DNA of 64,000 nt from Camelus dromedarius (GCF_036321535.1 NC_087436.1:19966001-20030000); one strand, 5' to 3'. Positions 14,589 through 29,275 are shown, counted from the stretch's first letter. Translations and numbers: made by a program. The notes: generated from the letters alone by a model not told the origin.

Positions 14589-14790
14589 TGATTCTTCGCT
14601 GGGGGAGATTTGCACCTCCCCCAGGGGACGTTTAACACTGTCTGGTGATATTTTTAATTACTATGACCAGGGGGCTTCTATTAGATAGAAGCCAGGGATG
14701 CTGTTAAATATCTTACAGTGCACAGAACAGACCCAACAGCAGAGAATTATCTGAGCCAAAATGTCACTGGAGCTGAGGTGGAGAAAGCCC
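14589..14790 (+). mobile_element. MER20 (hAT-Charlie) DNA transposon
   Basis: gccagggatgctgttaaatatcttacagtgcacag...agaattatctgagccaaaatgtca resembles the MER20 consensus. Confidence 0.8.
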
Positions 14791-15138
14791 ACTTTGGGTG
14801 TTGGCAGATGTATGTAAAGGTCATATTGAAGGTGAAAAGTGGTAGACCAGATACCCAGATTCCATGTTACTGCTGCGACCTGTATGAATGTGCACTTCTG
14901 GAAAATTTTCAAGTTTCTAAGCTACAGGTTTGCTCTTTAATCACTCTATTAACATTTGTGCTGGTTTCATAAGAAACAACTGGACACTGGAGATGCTACT
15001 TCAGTGTAACAGTGGCCTTAAAAACAAGCCTCCAAGATGACAGAAACTTACTCATGAATTAACGTCTCAGAAAATGGAGAGTATGCCTTGTAGAGTGGGT
15101 AGCTGAGCCTACTTTAAATGTTAAAAAAAAAATTTAGA

Positions 15139-15633
15139 TGTATTAGTTAGGGTAAAGTTTCGATGGCTGTAAAAAAAAAAGTCCAAAATCACAGTAGCTT
15201 AAATAAAGTAGAAGTTTATTTCTCTCTGATGTGGCAGCCAGAGTGTGAACAGTCTGGGGCTGATATCGTGGCCCCGGAGCCCCCAGGCTTCTTCTGTCTT
15301 GTTCTGCCAGCCTTAGCATACAGCTCTCATTTCACCATCCAGGACAGCCCCTCTGCCTCCCATATCATCACGTCCACATCCTAAACAGCAGGAAGGCAAG
15401 AAAGAAGTCATGGTCATGGCCCTCCTTTTTACGGCATGACCACGAGGCTGTGAACATCACTTCTGCTCACCCCACTGTGTAGAACTTGGTCACATGGCTA
15501 CATCTAGTTGTTAGGGAGGCCAGCAGAGTTTTTTGTTGGGCAGACAGGTGTCCAGCAAAACCTCAAGGGGTTCCTTTATTAAAGGAAGAAGAAAAGCATG
15601 TCTATTGGAGAACAGCTAGCAGTCTCTGCCTCA
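15139..15633. mobile_element. MaLR LTR (MLT1-like)
   Basis: cacagtagcttaaataaagtagaagtttatttctctct...agaacttggtcacatggctacatctag motifs. Confidence 0.65.
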
Positions 15634-15799
15634 GATATCACACCTTAGGTTAATTCAAGGTCAAGGAACGTAAAGACTGCTTAATAATTCCAGATGGTCT
15701 TTGGTCGGGATAGAGGGCACAGACTGTGACGATGCCTACAGTGGCTTGTTATTTTCACTCTGTTACGTTAATCCTAAATCACGTGTGAGGCAGTACCAG

Positions 15800-16030
15800 C
15801 TCAGGAGCTAAACCACCAGGGTTCAAATCTTGGCTCTGCCCCTTGCTAGCTGAGTCAGTTTCAGCGAGCTTCTTTCCACTCTCTGTACGTGGACTTCCTC
15901 CTTTGTAAATTGTGGCTGATAATAACACCTAACTCACAGAGTCGTGGTGAGGATGAGTGATGTCATACCTGTAAGGCATTCAGAGCAGTGCCCACCAGGC
16001 GATGCTACTAAGAGCTCTCAACATTATCAT
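15800..16030 (+). mobile_element. MIR SINE
   Basis: gggttcaaatcttggctctgcc...tgtaaa...gataataacacct core. Similar MIRs at about 22120-22340, 23945-24200, 43480-43720 (-) and 47140-47350. Confidence 0.7.
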
Positions 16031-18453
16031 TGCTGGGGATGCTTGCGCCCGACTGGCTGATTTCACATCTGTTGATTTGAACCTGAGCTTACTAAACACA
16101 TCTGTGTCTGTTCATTCCATTTGGTTTTAAAATCCCAATAAATACTCCTTTCTTTGATTTAATTTTGAATTGTAGCTCCCTCCCCCACTGAAGTTATCAA
16201 AATGTGGGATTTGATTTGGAACGAAAATAAAGCTAAATCGGGACTGATGAGCTGGAGCCCACTCATGAGCCAGTGTCTTGCCAGCACTTCACACAGGAGT
16301 CCCGTCGGCGGACAAGCTAGAAATTCGGGGTAGACAACTGATGTTCCAGCTGCTTTGTCTCCTGCCTGTTGATTTCTCTGCAGATGTCAGAGATTTCTGC
16401 TTTCTTCCAATAAATTTCATGAAACTCGAGATAATTCTTTCTTTGCTCTTCAGTAAAGGAATTTAAGAGCACATCATGAAAACATTTCAACCCAGAAGAT
16501 CTACAAATAGCAGAAGTTGTCGTGCTTTCTGCAGTATTTCAGATTTTAACCTCTTGTAGCGGATATCCTTCCCTGAAATTCTGCTTTGTCAGCTCCAATA
16601 AGCAAAGCACTAAAACTAAGGTTAGCACATTTTTAAAGCTTCGAACGTACATGCATACGTGTGTGTGTGTATTCGAGAAAATCCTGTGTGGGTGACGGTG
16701 TAGTGTGACCCCTAAAACACACATGTTCTTTTTAGGTCATTTCTTATTTTTCACCAGTGTAAGTTTTGAAAGCAGCTGAATATTTTAGCTATGAAGTGAT
16801 AGCAATGCAAATCATGGACACTGTTCTCTGGAACGCGGGGCGCACTTCTGTCAGCTGTAACGTACTCTGATGCGAATATGGGGTTAGTGGGGCAGCCCTG
16901 TGCCAGTACATAGACCTTTGTCTTGATTTTCTTCTCAAAGTCCCTTTGGTCCTTACAGCAGAAAATGTAATGGATGATTCCACATCCATTTAATCTTAAA
17001 TTCAGTGAGGGAGAATGATGGTGACTCATGATGGTAATTCTGATTATTTTATCAACAGAGAATGATAAAGAAAACAATCTCACACAGTCACATGGAAATG
17101 GAAGTTATTTAGACTGGCCTGTATCAAAATATTTACTCGACTGGGTAAAATTGTCAGCTCTCTTAGGGCCTGTGGGTTTAACAACAATACAGTGAGAATT
17201 TCCAGAATAAATCATTTCCATTTCTACCATGGAAGCTTTGGTCTCTTAAAACTCAACATATTACAGTGTAATGCTTAAACATTATTCAGGACTTAAAGAA
17301 ACAAGCCCTAGAGTGCTGGTTCCTCTGAATAGAAGAAGGGTTTCACTCTTTTTTCTTTCTTTTTGAAATAAATGAATCCAGGAAACAGAGAGGCATAGAA
17401 GGAGCACGTGGGAATGAGGACAGAAAGCCTTACAGTGAACAGGCTCCAGAGAGACAGGGGACAAAGTCCTGCTTCTGTGAGGCAGCATTTGGGACCAGAG
17501 GGGCTGTAAATGGTCTCTCAAAGTTCACAACCTCCCTTTGGCCAACTTGCACGAAGCATAAAACTCTGAGTGACCAGGTGAACAGCTGTAACTTGATAGG
17601 AAGATAATCCTCTGGCTATTATTATATCAGAGCAGCAGAGTGTCTGTAAAGGTCAATGTGAAGCTTTCTAAAGTAATCTTACCTAACAGCAAAGAGTTTA
17701 CCTTTAGGAGCGAGAACTGTACTTGGTCCTTTAAGGTCTCTGTTACCCAGCACAGAGGTGGTGTCCAGCACACTCTGGCTTGGGGCCGGTATGATTCGTT
17801 TGTGGGAGACTCTTCAAGACCTCTAAGTTTTGTTTGGGGATATCATACAAGGATTCTGTTGATTAAAAATTATTGCAATTGTGGTCCCAGAATTGTGTGA
17901 CTCAGGGCCACTGCCCCATAAGACGAAAATTCTTTGTAAAGCTAACACGGTGCCTGCCTTTGACCTTGCTTCTGACTTGGCATGACTCTGGGGAGGACAC
18001 CCTCAGGGTGTGTGATTCATTTCAGTGTCTATGGAAAGGGGACAGAGCCTACCAGAAAGGCTGTTAGGAGGACCAGTGATACAACTTACTTCAGGTACTT
18101 AGCAGAGCGTGAGCATCGTTAGCTCACGTTAGCTCTCAGTAGAGAATTTTGTTATAGGTTGTTGCCTTATTTCCTGCACAGGTGTTAAGAGCGTGCAAGG
18201 AGACATCATATTACATGTTTAGAGTTGATTAGAAACTTGATTTGCAAGTGATGAAATAAGGTATCCCCCAACCCCTCTCCCCACCACCAGTTCTCCACTC
18301 ACTGCTCCTGCCCTTCCCCCCCTTCTCCTCCCTTTCTCTGCCACCCAACTGGTGTTACCAGTTTCATGGGAATCCCTCCAGAGATACTGTATGCACAGGT
18401 AAGTGAAGACATATCTGCATACATCCATATTTATTTTTGGAACATTTATTCTT

Positions 18454-18781
18454 TTTAATTAAAAAAAAATTTTATTTAAGTATAGTTGATTTACTGTGTT
18501 GTGTTAGTTTCAGGTGTACAGTAAAGTGATCCAGTTTTATACATATTCTCCAATATTCTTTTTCAGATTCTTTTCCATTGTAGGTTATCACAAGATATTG
18601 AATATAGTTCCCTGTGCTATACAGTAGGCCCTTGTTATCTATTTTATACACAGTAGTGTTATATCCCACTTTTTTTAAATTGAAATATAGTCAGGTTACA
18701 ATGTTGTGTTAATTTCCAGTGTACAGCATAGTGATTCAGTTATACATCTATATATGCAGATGATTGGACAAAGAAGTTGTG

Positions 18782-18812
<31 letters not shown>

Positions 18813-18876
18813 AAAAATGGAATACTCGTCAATTAAAAGAAGAATAAAATAATGCCATTTGCAGCAACATGGATGA
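18454..18876 (-). mobile_element. Composite L1 3' insertion with an inverted segment
   Basis: Two reverse L1 3' ends plus a forward L1 piece, bracketed by the 13-bp direct repeat aacatttattctt (18441-18453, 18877-18889). Confidence 0.8.
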
Positions 18877-19493
18877 AACATTTATTCTTAAGCACCCTTC
18901 CACTTTAAAGAATAAAAAACCTCCTTTCAAGCTGGTATTTGAAATGAGGAAATGAAGTAAGAGTCTTGTCCCTCCATGGGTGTGAATGGCAAGTCTTCCT
19001 ACCCTGTGGAATCAAATGATTACATCCTTCCTGATTTAACAAGATATAGAGGACATCAGATGTAGAGGAACCTGCTGATATATAGACACTGAGGCCAAAG
19101 CAATGGCTCAGTGGAGTCACATTGGAGCTTATGACTGCATTCACTGGGCCATTTCATCTTCATATAGAGACACGACCATTTAACTACATGGGCCAAGTTA
19201 TAGGTGCCCGGAATTAACAACCAACTCTTTTACATATTTTTGTATGCTTTATTAGATGACTGGCTCCATATTAAACTGAAGGGGATTTAGAAGTCTTAGT
19301 TGAGGAGCCACTGGTGTAAGACACCCTACTCTAGCTGAGCAGTGAGAGCACAGAACTTCAGAAAAAATGATGGCTGCTTCTACATCCCTTCTTTTAAACA
19401 TTCCCGTTGCACCTCCATCCCATACATGAACCAAATTGAATCTGATTTAACTCTTCCACATTCCATTACTTAGGGCAAAAATGACTGCATTAA

Positions 19494-20029
19494 ATGAAGC
19501 AACCTAAATGTCCATCAACAGATGACTGGATAAAGAAGCTGTGGTATGTTTATACAACGGAATACTACTCAGCCATAAAAAATAAAATAATGCCATTTGC
19601 AGTAACATGGGTGGACCTAGAGATCATCATTCTAAGTGAAGTAAGCCATAAAGAGAAAGAAAAATACCATATGATATCACTTACATGTGGAAACTAAAAA
19701 GAAAAAAAGGACACTATAAACTCATCTACAAAACAGAAACAGACTTGCAGACATAGTAAACAATCTTATGGTTACCAGGGAGAAGGGTTAGGAAGGGATA
19801 AATTTGGGAGTTAGAGATTTACAAATGTTAGCCACTATATATAAAAATAGATTTTTTTTAAAGTTTCTTTTGTAGAGCACAGAGTACTATGTTCAATATC
19901 TTGTATATTATCCTTTAATGGAAAAGAATATGAAAACGCATAAATGTATGTATATGCATGACTGGGGCATTGTGCTGTGCACCAGAAATGGACACATTGT
20001 AACTGACTGTGCTTCAATTTTTAAAAAAA
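19494..20029 (+). mobile_element. 5'-truncated L1 (ORF2 C-terminus plus 3' UTR)
   Basis: ORF KQPKCPSTDDWIKKLWYVYTTEYYSAIK is the L1 ORF2p C-terminus; A-rich tail. Confidence 0.92.
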
Positions 20030-23000
20030 GGCATACATATGATTATCCTGGTGCCTCAGTAACGTGATTCTTCTATCTATAAATAATGCAGTGGAGGAGG
20101 TAGACACAATCACTCCCCATAAGCAGCTGACGGTGATTCTGACGTCACTTGACAGGCATGGGTGGTTAATAGGCTTAGTCTAGGTATTGTGGTTGGCCAT
20201 TTTGGCTAAAGCTTCACTTTGGAAGAAGAAATAGGTGTGCCATTCCATTTGAAAGCCTTGCTTTGGGAAACTCACTTTTTACCCATGGTTTCTCGCTAGA
20301 CCAGTATTTGGGATTTGGTGTTATTTGGTGCCCTGTTCTGCTGGAGATGTTACTTGTTTCTTCACAATAGAAATCGTTCTGTGACTTGGGTCTTGACAGG
20401 TGGGGAGCTCTTCCATTGGCCTTTACGGCTGTTGGGTACGTATATGCTTTTGAAATGACAAATATATATCTCTAGGAGTTTTACCTGACAGTATCTCCTG
20501 TGAGATTAGAATGTGACCACATTTCCAGTTTAGACAACACCAAGAGGACCTGGAGGCAAATCATGTGCTGAAAAAGCAGCCGTACTCTGTTGAAATCAGA
20601 GTATGACAGCGTTCCAACTCAAGGAGCATTTGTGAGCTCCCATAAGAGTATTAAATGCAAGAATCTTTGTTCGTGCAACAGTAAGGTTACAAATGTGCAC
20701 ATGCCACAACTGGAAAATAGCAGAAAATAAGATTCTGATGGTGACATCTGTTCTCCACTGTAGTACGTGTTCTATAGTACAGTGTACAGTTTGAAGACTG
20801 CTTAGTTATGCAAAGCCTTTGGTACGTGGTGTGGTTAAGAACCTGAGCTTCAGCATGTGGGGAGGCAGAGAATGAGGCGAAGAGGGCACTGAGCAAAGAC
20901 TGGTTCATGCCCAGTCTGGCTTCTACGGTACGACTTGAGGCAAGCAATTAGCTGGCCCGCACCTCAGCAGTAGTGTGCCTTCTCCCTTGTTCTCCCTAGT
21001 ACAGAGGGTGAGCAAAGATTCTCCTGAAGTGAAGTCTCCAAAGAATATAGAGCCTCCATCATCATCGCTGGAGGTAGTGACTTTCTGTTACGGGGTAGGA
21101 AGTGGTGGAACAAGCGATAGGCTAGGATTTCTCAGCCTTATCTATTGGCATGTGGTTTACATTAATTTACATACATCATGCATCCATGTTTTTCTCTCCT
21201 TTGCCTATTAGTGAAATTTTAATCAAATCAACACATATTTATTGATTGTCTATTATATTTAAGATCTACATAAAAAAGGAGGCCAAAAAGAGATGCTTTC
21301 AAAGACAACCAAGTCAGAAAATATGAGAAAAATGCATATATACAACCTACAGTAATATAAGACACATAAGTAAAATATATTGTGTTTCCACTATGCAATT
21401 AGGTAGCGCCTGCATACTTCTAGATTTATTATTTGATTTTTCCATACTTTGATTTATAACCAAAATACTATATTGATATTTTTGTATTTACTTGATTTCC
21501 TTTCCAATTGGAAAATTGAAATAGAAGGAAAACTATTTTTTTTTTTTAACTTCTCCTTCTCTTGCTCAACTACTTTGGAGCTGTATCACTGAGTATCAAC
21601 CTGTTTTTTGACACATCCTTAGGCCATTGGATGTTTACATTTACATTCTGAGCTGAAAATCCACTTTTTGCTCTTTCAATCCTTAAATGGTTAAATAGAA
21701 ATGGTTTAGATTTTTCATTTAATTATATTGATTATAGTAATGCCTTAACTTTTATACACAAGTTCAGTTCTTCAACTTCGTGTCAATAGGATGTGTGTTT
21801 GGAGTAGGATTAAACATTAAACCTTCCACGCTGTAGCTACGTTCTGTTCTTTAACAGGAACATTTGTGTTTAAGGCAACTGGTAAGGTTGCATTTTCATC
21901 TGAGACCATAAAATGCAGTGACACTTGCCATCTAGGAAAGAGAAAAACTAGACACATGGCTTTGGCCTCCTTAGGACCCGGTCCCAATCAAGGTCATCAT
22001 CTATCAGGCTTTTTCTACTTGGAGAGATTGAAGACCCGTCACAAAAAGCAATGACTCCCCATGAAGACTGTTACATGTCACATGCTATATAAAGGGAGCC
22101 ACAGAGTGCCTGCTCTTCCAGGTTGGGTATCCCAGGTTCAGATCCCACCTCCACCTCTTCCCTGCTGTGTGAGAACAGACTAATTCCTCAAGCATTCTGA
22201 GCTTTGATTTTTCTCATCTGTACAATGAGGACAATGATGCAATCAACCTTAATGTGTTGTGAGGATTAAATATTATGAAAGTAAAGGACTTAGCCACAGT
22301 GCCTGGAACAACATAAATGCTAAGTAAATCTTAACTAGTTGTATGTATAATTCCTCTTTCAGCTGCATTTCTATCCACAGGTTTCTCCCCCATTAAAGAA
22401 AGTACATGAATATTTGAGTTATTGGCAATGATATTATTGTGGAGATGGCCAGTTTTATTTATTTAAAAAATAAAATGTTTGCCAACTGTGTTACTTACTA
22501 TGATTGGTAACAAATAACCACTGTTGCCAATATTATGACATACTTTCACAGGAAAATACTAACAAGGTATGTTTCCCAACCCCATGTCTGTCAGCCCTAC
22601 CTGGGGGAAAATAATTGAACAAACCAACAGACAGATATCTCCATCATATAAAATCATATAACTCTGCTTCATCAAATAGATAGCATTTCTGAGTCCAGGA
22701 GAAAAATGTGTGTGATGAGTGTTGCCTTAAAATGTTAAATCTGCCATCAACTAACACAGACTTTATAATGTGCTAAAACCCAAGGTCAAGAGAAAGGCAA
22801 ACTGGAAGAGTTATATTTTCTGTTAATACAGAATTCAAGAGATGAGGAGCAGACGGAGAAGACTGAAAATTTGAAACTGGATGTAGTCACACAAGAATAT
22901 TGCAGTGTCTGGGAGCTGATAAGGGCTTTAAGAAAATTTAGAAATCTTTAAAGGAATTGGGTGATATGATCAAGGCTTGTCCGTAAGAAAAGAGGACTAG

Positions 23001-24254
23001 AATAATTGAGAACACCAGTGGATTCCAATCTCAGTGAAGAGAACTGCAGATCCCTAGGGGCTTACTTGAATAATATTTGGAAATGACTGTGACTTGAATT
23101 TAAAAAGAGACATGTTAAAAAAAAATTTTTAAATACTCTATAGGTGTGATGCATAGCACATCATATAATTTTAGAAATAAATGAAGATTAAAATTTTAGT
23201 ATTTGAGAAGTTATCTTAGTCTGAATTTTCCCATTTTAGAGTATTTTAGAAAGTTTAAATGTTTTAGTGACGGTGATTTGTTTTTAGTTTATTCATTCCC
23301 TCATTTATTCAATAAATAAATATTGAGCACCCAGTCCAGCAATAAACAAGAGGAAAAAGAGATAATTCTCCTGTTTGCCCAAATAATGGTTAATGCTTCC
23401 CCTCAAGGTGTTCTCCTGTGTGCCCATACTTTATAATAATGCGTAACAGAAAACCCTTTTGGATTTAAAGATTTGCCATCACCTCATAGAGTCGTTGGGT
23501 AGCTCTGCACTTGAATGCTTGTTCTTTTTCTTCCTTGGGAAAAGGTGAAACAACAGTCATTATAGGGTCTTATTCTGGGGCAACTGAAAGCTGACCTGAA
23601 AGGATTTAATTAAAATTTACATAATTGGTGCTTAGATTTTTGATATCCAGCAACTCAGCGGTAAAGACCCAGGAAGAGACCCGAGAGGACCCTGGCAAGA
23701 GAAATGAGGGGGAGGCTCCAAGTTCAGCCGTTTTCTCTCTGTCCAGGTCCCGGGATGAGCATTTGGGTTGCCCTAGTAAAGCCCCCCTTGAAATTTATGC
23801 AACCATGGATGCTGGTTTGTTATGGCTGGTGAATATAGGAAAATTTAAAGTCGAACAAATTCAGATTGTAGTAGATAGATGTGTCTCTGGTGAAAAAAAT
23901 CAGAACCCTTAGATTTTCTTCTCTGATCTTGTATAATAGTATAATGTAATGAGTGGTTAAGGGTTTGGGCCTTGGAGTCAGACAGGCTTTGGTTGGAGAT
24001 AGGTTGTCACTTACCAGCTGAGTGACCTCAAATTCATTGTTCAACCTCCCTGGGCCTGAGACACCTTTTTTTTAAGTGGGAATGGTAACGATAGTATCTA
24101 ACCATCGTGCTGTTATAAATGTCAGTGTGACACGTGTATGTACATAACACAGTGCCTGGCACCATGGTAAATCCTCCATGAATGTAGGCAATTACTGTTT
24201 TTTAATTATGCATTATCATCTCCTTAATATACTTTTAAGCAACTCTGATACTGT

Positions 24255-24770
24255 TTTGCATAACAGAGATAAGTTGCCCAATAGGGGTGAAACTAGCTAC
24301 ACACTTTAAGACTTTATCTGTTAGAAATATATTCAGCTTAATCACAGTGACTTAACCAAATGGGGGTCTGTTGTTTTCACATAATGAATTCAGAAATGGG
24401 TGCAGCTGTTTGGGGACCCAGCCTCCTCATTTTTTGCTCTATCTACCACCTTATCATATGGCTTTTATCTTCATGGTTGAAAGAGGGCTTCTCTACTTCC
24501 CAGTGTCCAAGGAGGAAGAGCCAGGCTGAAAGGCCTTTTCACAAGACTGTCTTTTTTTTTTCAGGGAGCAGGGGAGAGCCAGAGAATCTCTCCCCAGGAA
24601 CTTCCACCTACATCTCATTGGCCAGAACTGTATTTCAGGGTTAGCCTCTAACAGCAGTCAAAGCTAGGAAGGGAAGTGTGTGCTTTTGAAACAAGGCACG
24701 TTGCTACCCTAAAGAAAAAAATTCTAGCTCTGTTGGATATTGAATAAGCAATCAGCAGTGTCTGACACAA
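24255..24770. mobile_element. Degenerate MaLR LTR (MLT1-like)
   Basis: catctcattggccagaactg...gctaggaagggaagt motif; a related copy lies at about 28830-29400, interrupted by L1. Confidence 0.5.
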
Positions 24771-26207
24771 AGCTGTTAAGAATGACACAGCTCCCAGGCC
24801 TGATGGTTCTAACAAAGATTTGTAAATGACCCCAACATTGGGACGTTTTAAGGGCATTTGCTAAATAAGACTTTAATCCTACCAGCATTATTCAGAAGAG
24901 AAGTGGTCACTGGTCTAGGTAACTGACAAGATAATAAGCAAAGCCCTTTAGATGTGACTCCTGTCAGTGTGCTTCCCTGTTGCAGTGCAAAATTTAGTTG
25001 CCATTTAGTTCAACAATCATGATCTTGGCCATGCAACTGTCTCACTTATTCCATAAGCATTTGTTGAGGGTCCACTGATCTTGAAAGTACAAGTAAAGGG
25101 AAAACATAGAAGCAACATCCAAATTCCGGATAGATTTCTTGTTAAGGTGAAGTTATGTAGAGATGACAGACATCAATTGGCTAAATTCTGCCAGGGACCC
25201 TCTCTGGATGCTTAGAGAAGTTCCCCAAGGTACTCAGGTTCTATGTGATCAGCCTCACCAGCATGATGGGGACCAGTCCTAGCCATTGTCTATCACCAGA
25301 GGAATCAAGGTCCAGTTTTCTTCTATTGATTTTAAATGACCTGCATAAAAAAAACAGATACAGGAAACATTTGTGGTTCTCTGCCAGATTAAAAGTCAAT
25401 TAGTAAGAATTCATTGAGGCTCACTGTTGCCCAGGATTACACACACAAAAATGTCATCAAACTTTTCTGGGTTGACCCCAGGATGTTTACTAAGAACCAG
25501 TTCCACAAACCCATGTTGGTTGTAGATTTTGGCATTGATGTCTTATGGTTCAGAGGAGCTTGAATGACAGTTAAGTTTCCTCCCTAAACTAAGGTTTGGG
25601 GCAGGATGAGGACTCAGTCACTTTAGAAATCTCAGTTCTGTTACTCAAGCCTGTGTAAGTTGTGGGGTGCATTGGAGTGAGAGAGGTCCTAGAATTTTAT
25701 GCCTCGGTTTCATCCTCATGGAAGGGAAAGAATTACATTCGAAGAAATCTGAGTCTTCTACTTGATCTAATGTTCTGTCCAGTAGAGTTTAATAGAGCTC
25801 CCTCCCATATTCTACCAGATAGGTTTATTTCATGTCAGTTTTTGGAGAAATACTTCCGGGACCTATGCATGGACTTTAATGCTTAAGTTTGCTAAGCATT
25901 GAAGTTTGAAATGAGCCCAAAGAAGATTCAGGCTGTGAACTCTTTTATGCCTAAGAATCTCCACCCAGGATTTATAATTGAGCACAGATCAACTGTTGCT
26001 AAATTTTACTATCATAGCTGTTCATTGAACTGACATCCTGACCAGCAAAAATCTCATACTTTGGGAGACTGTCCAGAATGATCTTAAAAGGGGGATTTGG
26101 TTACACCAAGACCTGCCAAGAGGTGGTCATAGGGAACGTAATAGATCTGTTAGAACCTGCCAAATTACCCTAAGTTGAAGTGACCTTTAAAATGAAAAAG
26201 AATTTGT

Positions 26208-26327
26208 GGGGGAGAAGGGTATAGTTCAATGGTAGAGGGCATGCCTAGCATGCACAAGGTCCTGGGTTCAATCCTCAGTACCTCCACTAAAAACAAACAA
26301 ACAAACAGACAGACATACCTCCCCCCA
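26208..26327 (+). mobile_element. tRNA-derived SINE (camelid-type)
   Basis: A box tagttcaatggtaga; B box ggttcaatcc; 13-bp TSD aaaaagaatttgt (26195-26207, 26328-26340). Confidence 0.9.
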
Positions 26328-29087
26328 AAAAAGAATTTGTAAAGAATATAGAACTGCAAACACTAGAGGAAAGATATTAACCCCCAAAGAGTCCTAAACC
26401 ACAGCTGATGTCTTAATTCACAAGCAGCCCTCAGAAGGCAGCAGCTTGTCTTAAGTCCATGAAACCAAAGGATAGAGCCAGTAGGGAGAGGACTAACCAA
26501 AAAAATCACATGCCCTGCCTAGAAATGACCAGATAGGTTTTAACCTGTCAAAGAGTACTGAGTCTCAATGCAGATGGTTTCAGAATTTCACTGGAGATAC
26601 GCCTCTAAACTCTCCAGGCTTGATGATGAAAGAGAAATCATCAAAATACCATCTGTCGTCATGGAAAACCCAAAGGGCCCCAGAGCCTCTTCCCCATTGA
26701 GCAGCTGATGCGGATTTGGTTGATCTGGACAGTTATTTATGTGTTGAGGTCACATTTTGGCCAATCTTTTGCTTACAGCTTTAACCAAATAAAGCTTTCT
26801 CTCTCTTTCCACATTTCTCTTGCCAAAGTCAGGTTGAGAGATGATTCTTTGAGAGGATTATTTTGGCAGGAGATGCCAGGATCTTCTCACACAACAAAAC
26901 ACACCAACAAAAACCAGATGATACACCAGTCAGGGAGCTAAGTGATATTAAAACTGAAAAGAAGCACACTGAAGTCCTTTCCTTTGCCCCTCTGAGGGTT
27001 TTTTGTTGTTATTGTCATTTGTTTGTTTGTTTGTTTGTTTGTTAACAAAATGCTCCCTCAAATGTCAGTGAAAGACTCAAGGGAACTTTCTTAAATAATA
27101 ACTGGTTTACCTCAGTGGGGATTGGCTTTTAGATTTTTCCCATTTGATCTTCCTCCGGTTCCATCTTTATTCTACTTCTTGACATATTGCAGTTTCTAAC
27201 TTCTCTGTGGCTGGAAATATTCTAGGCTGACACCTTCGAGAGGAGAGATAGAAAGAAATCCTAGTGTCTGTGAATTGTTGCTAAATCTGCACTTGTCCAC
27301 TTATAACCAAGAATTTAAGCTCAGAGCCAAAAAACAGGAGGAGAAAGAAAAAACCCCTCCTTGTGTGTTGTAGACTTTGGCAGTGATTCCAGATGGCTTG
27401 GAGGAGCTTCAGTGAGACTGTGGCTCTGGTCTCTGCTCTCCCCAGAGTCACTAGCCAGGGTACCTGGGCAATCACTTCAGTCCTCTGGGCCTCGGCTTCC
27501 TTCTGTGTAAGAAGAGGGCATTGAACAGGATGACCTTTAAGGTTCCTCCCTGAACTAAGCTTTGGGGCAGGATGGAGCTGTGGTTACTCCGGGAACCTTG
27601 ATTCTGTTACTCAGCCCTGGACGGGTTGTGGAGTGCACTGGTATAGGAGAGGTCCCGGAATTGAATGCCCCGTTTCATCTTCAAGGGAATAAGAGCTGGA
27701 TTCAAAGTCCTCTGCTGGACCCAACGTTCTGTCATGTACAGTTTACTAGCACTCCCTCCCAAATGCTACCAGGCGGGTTTATTTCATGGAAATTTTTGGA
27801 GAAATACTTGATGAGCTTCCTCTTCCCAGAGCCTGTGCATGAAATGAGACTTGTCCCCTTGGGTCACTGGGTCACAAGAGGAGGACTGACATACTGTCTC
27901 TTGGTCATTCAGCCTTACCTTTATGAATGAGTGACCTCAGTTCACCAGAAAGGAAAACTGAGAGCCTTGTATTGGGACTGCTAAGATGGGGTGACTCTCC
28001 AAACACCCTGTTCTTATTTTCCCAACTATGCTGTAAGGGATAAAAATGCTCACACCCGTGCACCTGTTTACTTCACTTAAAGCAAATACAAAAATTTATT
28101 TAAGGAAGAAGGAAAGACCCAAATGGCATTCAAAGCAATGAGCATGGGTGAAAAAGGAGAGAGAAAAATATCTGATCAAACTGTACTGAGTAGCCAGGAA
28201 TTTATGGGAACAATTTATGGATATCTCAGGAATCAGAGTAAAAGAGGGTAAAGGGAAATAAAGTGTATTATAGGAGACAAAATCCTCTGAGACACTGTAT
28301 AAAAATATATATAATCATTGAACAAATATTTTTATTTCACTATAAAAGAAATGAAGAAAATCATTCACAGCTTCTTAAAATAATGAAACAGAAGGGATAT
28401 GGGAACAAAGATGAAGAAGAGCAATTTTTAAAAAAATAATAATACCTATAGTATTTCTTATATGTAAAGTATAATTTACATTAAAGTATAAATTTTTCCT
28501 GACTTTGGGCTCATTTGAAAACAATTAGTGTTACGTGAATTTTTCTGTTACATGTTATGTTTCAGTAAAAAATTTTTAAAAAGCAAATTCCTTAATAATC
28601 TAAAAGAAAATTTTTTAAAGTTGTTTTTTAGCAGAACAAAAGATAATTAAGACAGAAATGTGCTCAGCTGGCTGTACACTTACTGCTGTTGACAATGTGG
28701 AGAGTTCTTCACAAGATGCAAGAGTTTGGAATAAAGCTTGTCAAAGACCAGACCTAACACTCAAAGTCTTAAGACCAAGAGTTACCATGGGAGGGAGGAG
28801 TTTCAGTAAAGAATATCATAAGGGAAGACTCAGCTAACAGTAGCCGAAACAAATGGGTTTAATTTCCTCACATAACAAGTAAGTCCAGAGTGGGTGGTTT
28901 CTGCTACTGGAAGGTGCCATCAAAGACTCAGACTTTTCCCATCTTTCCCTTTCTTCATCCTTAGCAGATTGGCTTTCATCCTCAGGCCTCATATGCACAA
29001 AATGGCTGCCATAATCCCAGGCATTTCCTCTGTCTTCAAAGCAAGAAAAAGAGAGAAAGGGCCAACATCAAATGTGTATTTCTTTCT

Positions 29088-29275
29088 TTTTTAATTGAAG
29101 TATAGTTGATTTACAATGTTGTGTTAGTTTCAGGTATACAGCAAAGTGATTCAGTAATACATTTTTTTTTCAGATTTTTTTCCATTATGGTTTATTACAA
29201 GATATTGAATATGGTTCCCTGTGCTATACAGTAGGTCCTTGTTGCTTATCTATTTTGTAAATAATAGTGCATATC
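29088..29275 (-). mobile_element. L1 3' end fragment
   Basis: ttttaattgaagtatagttgatttacaatgttgtgttagtttcagg...; similar pieces at about 36265-36370 and 43760-43960. Confidence 0.85.
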
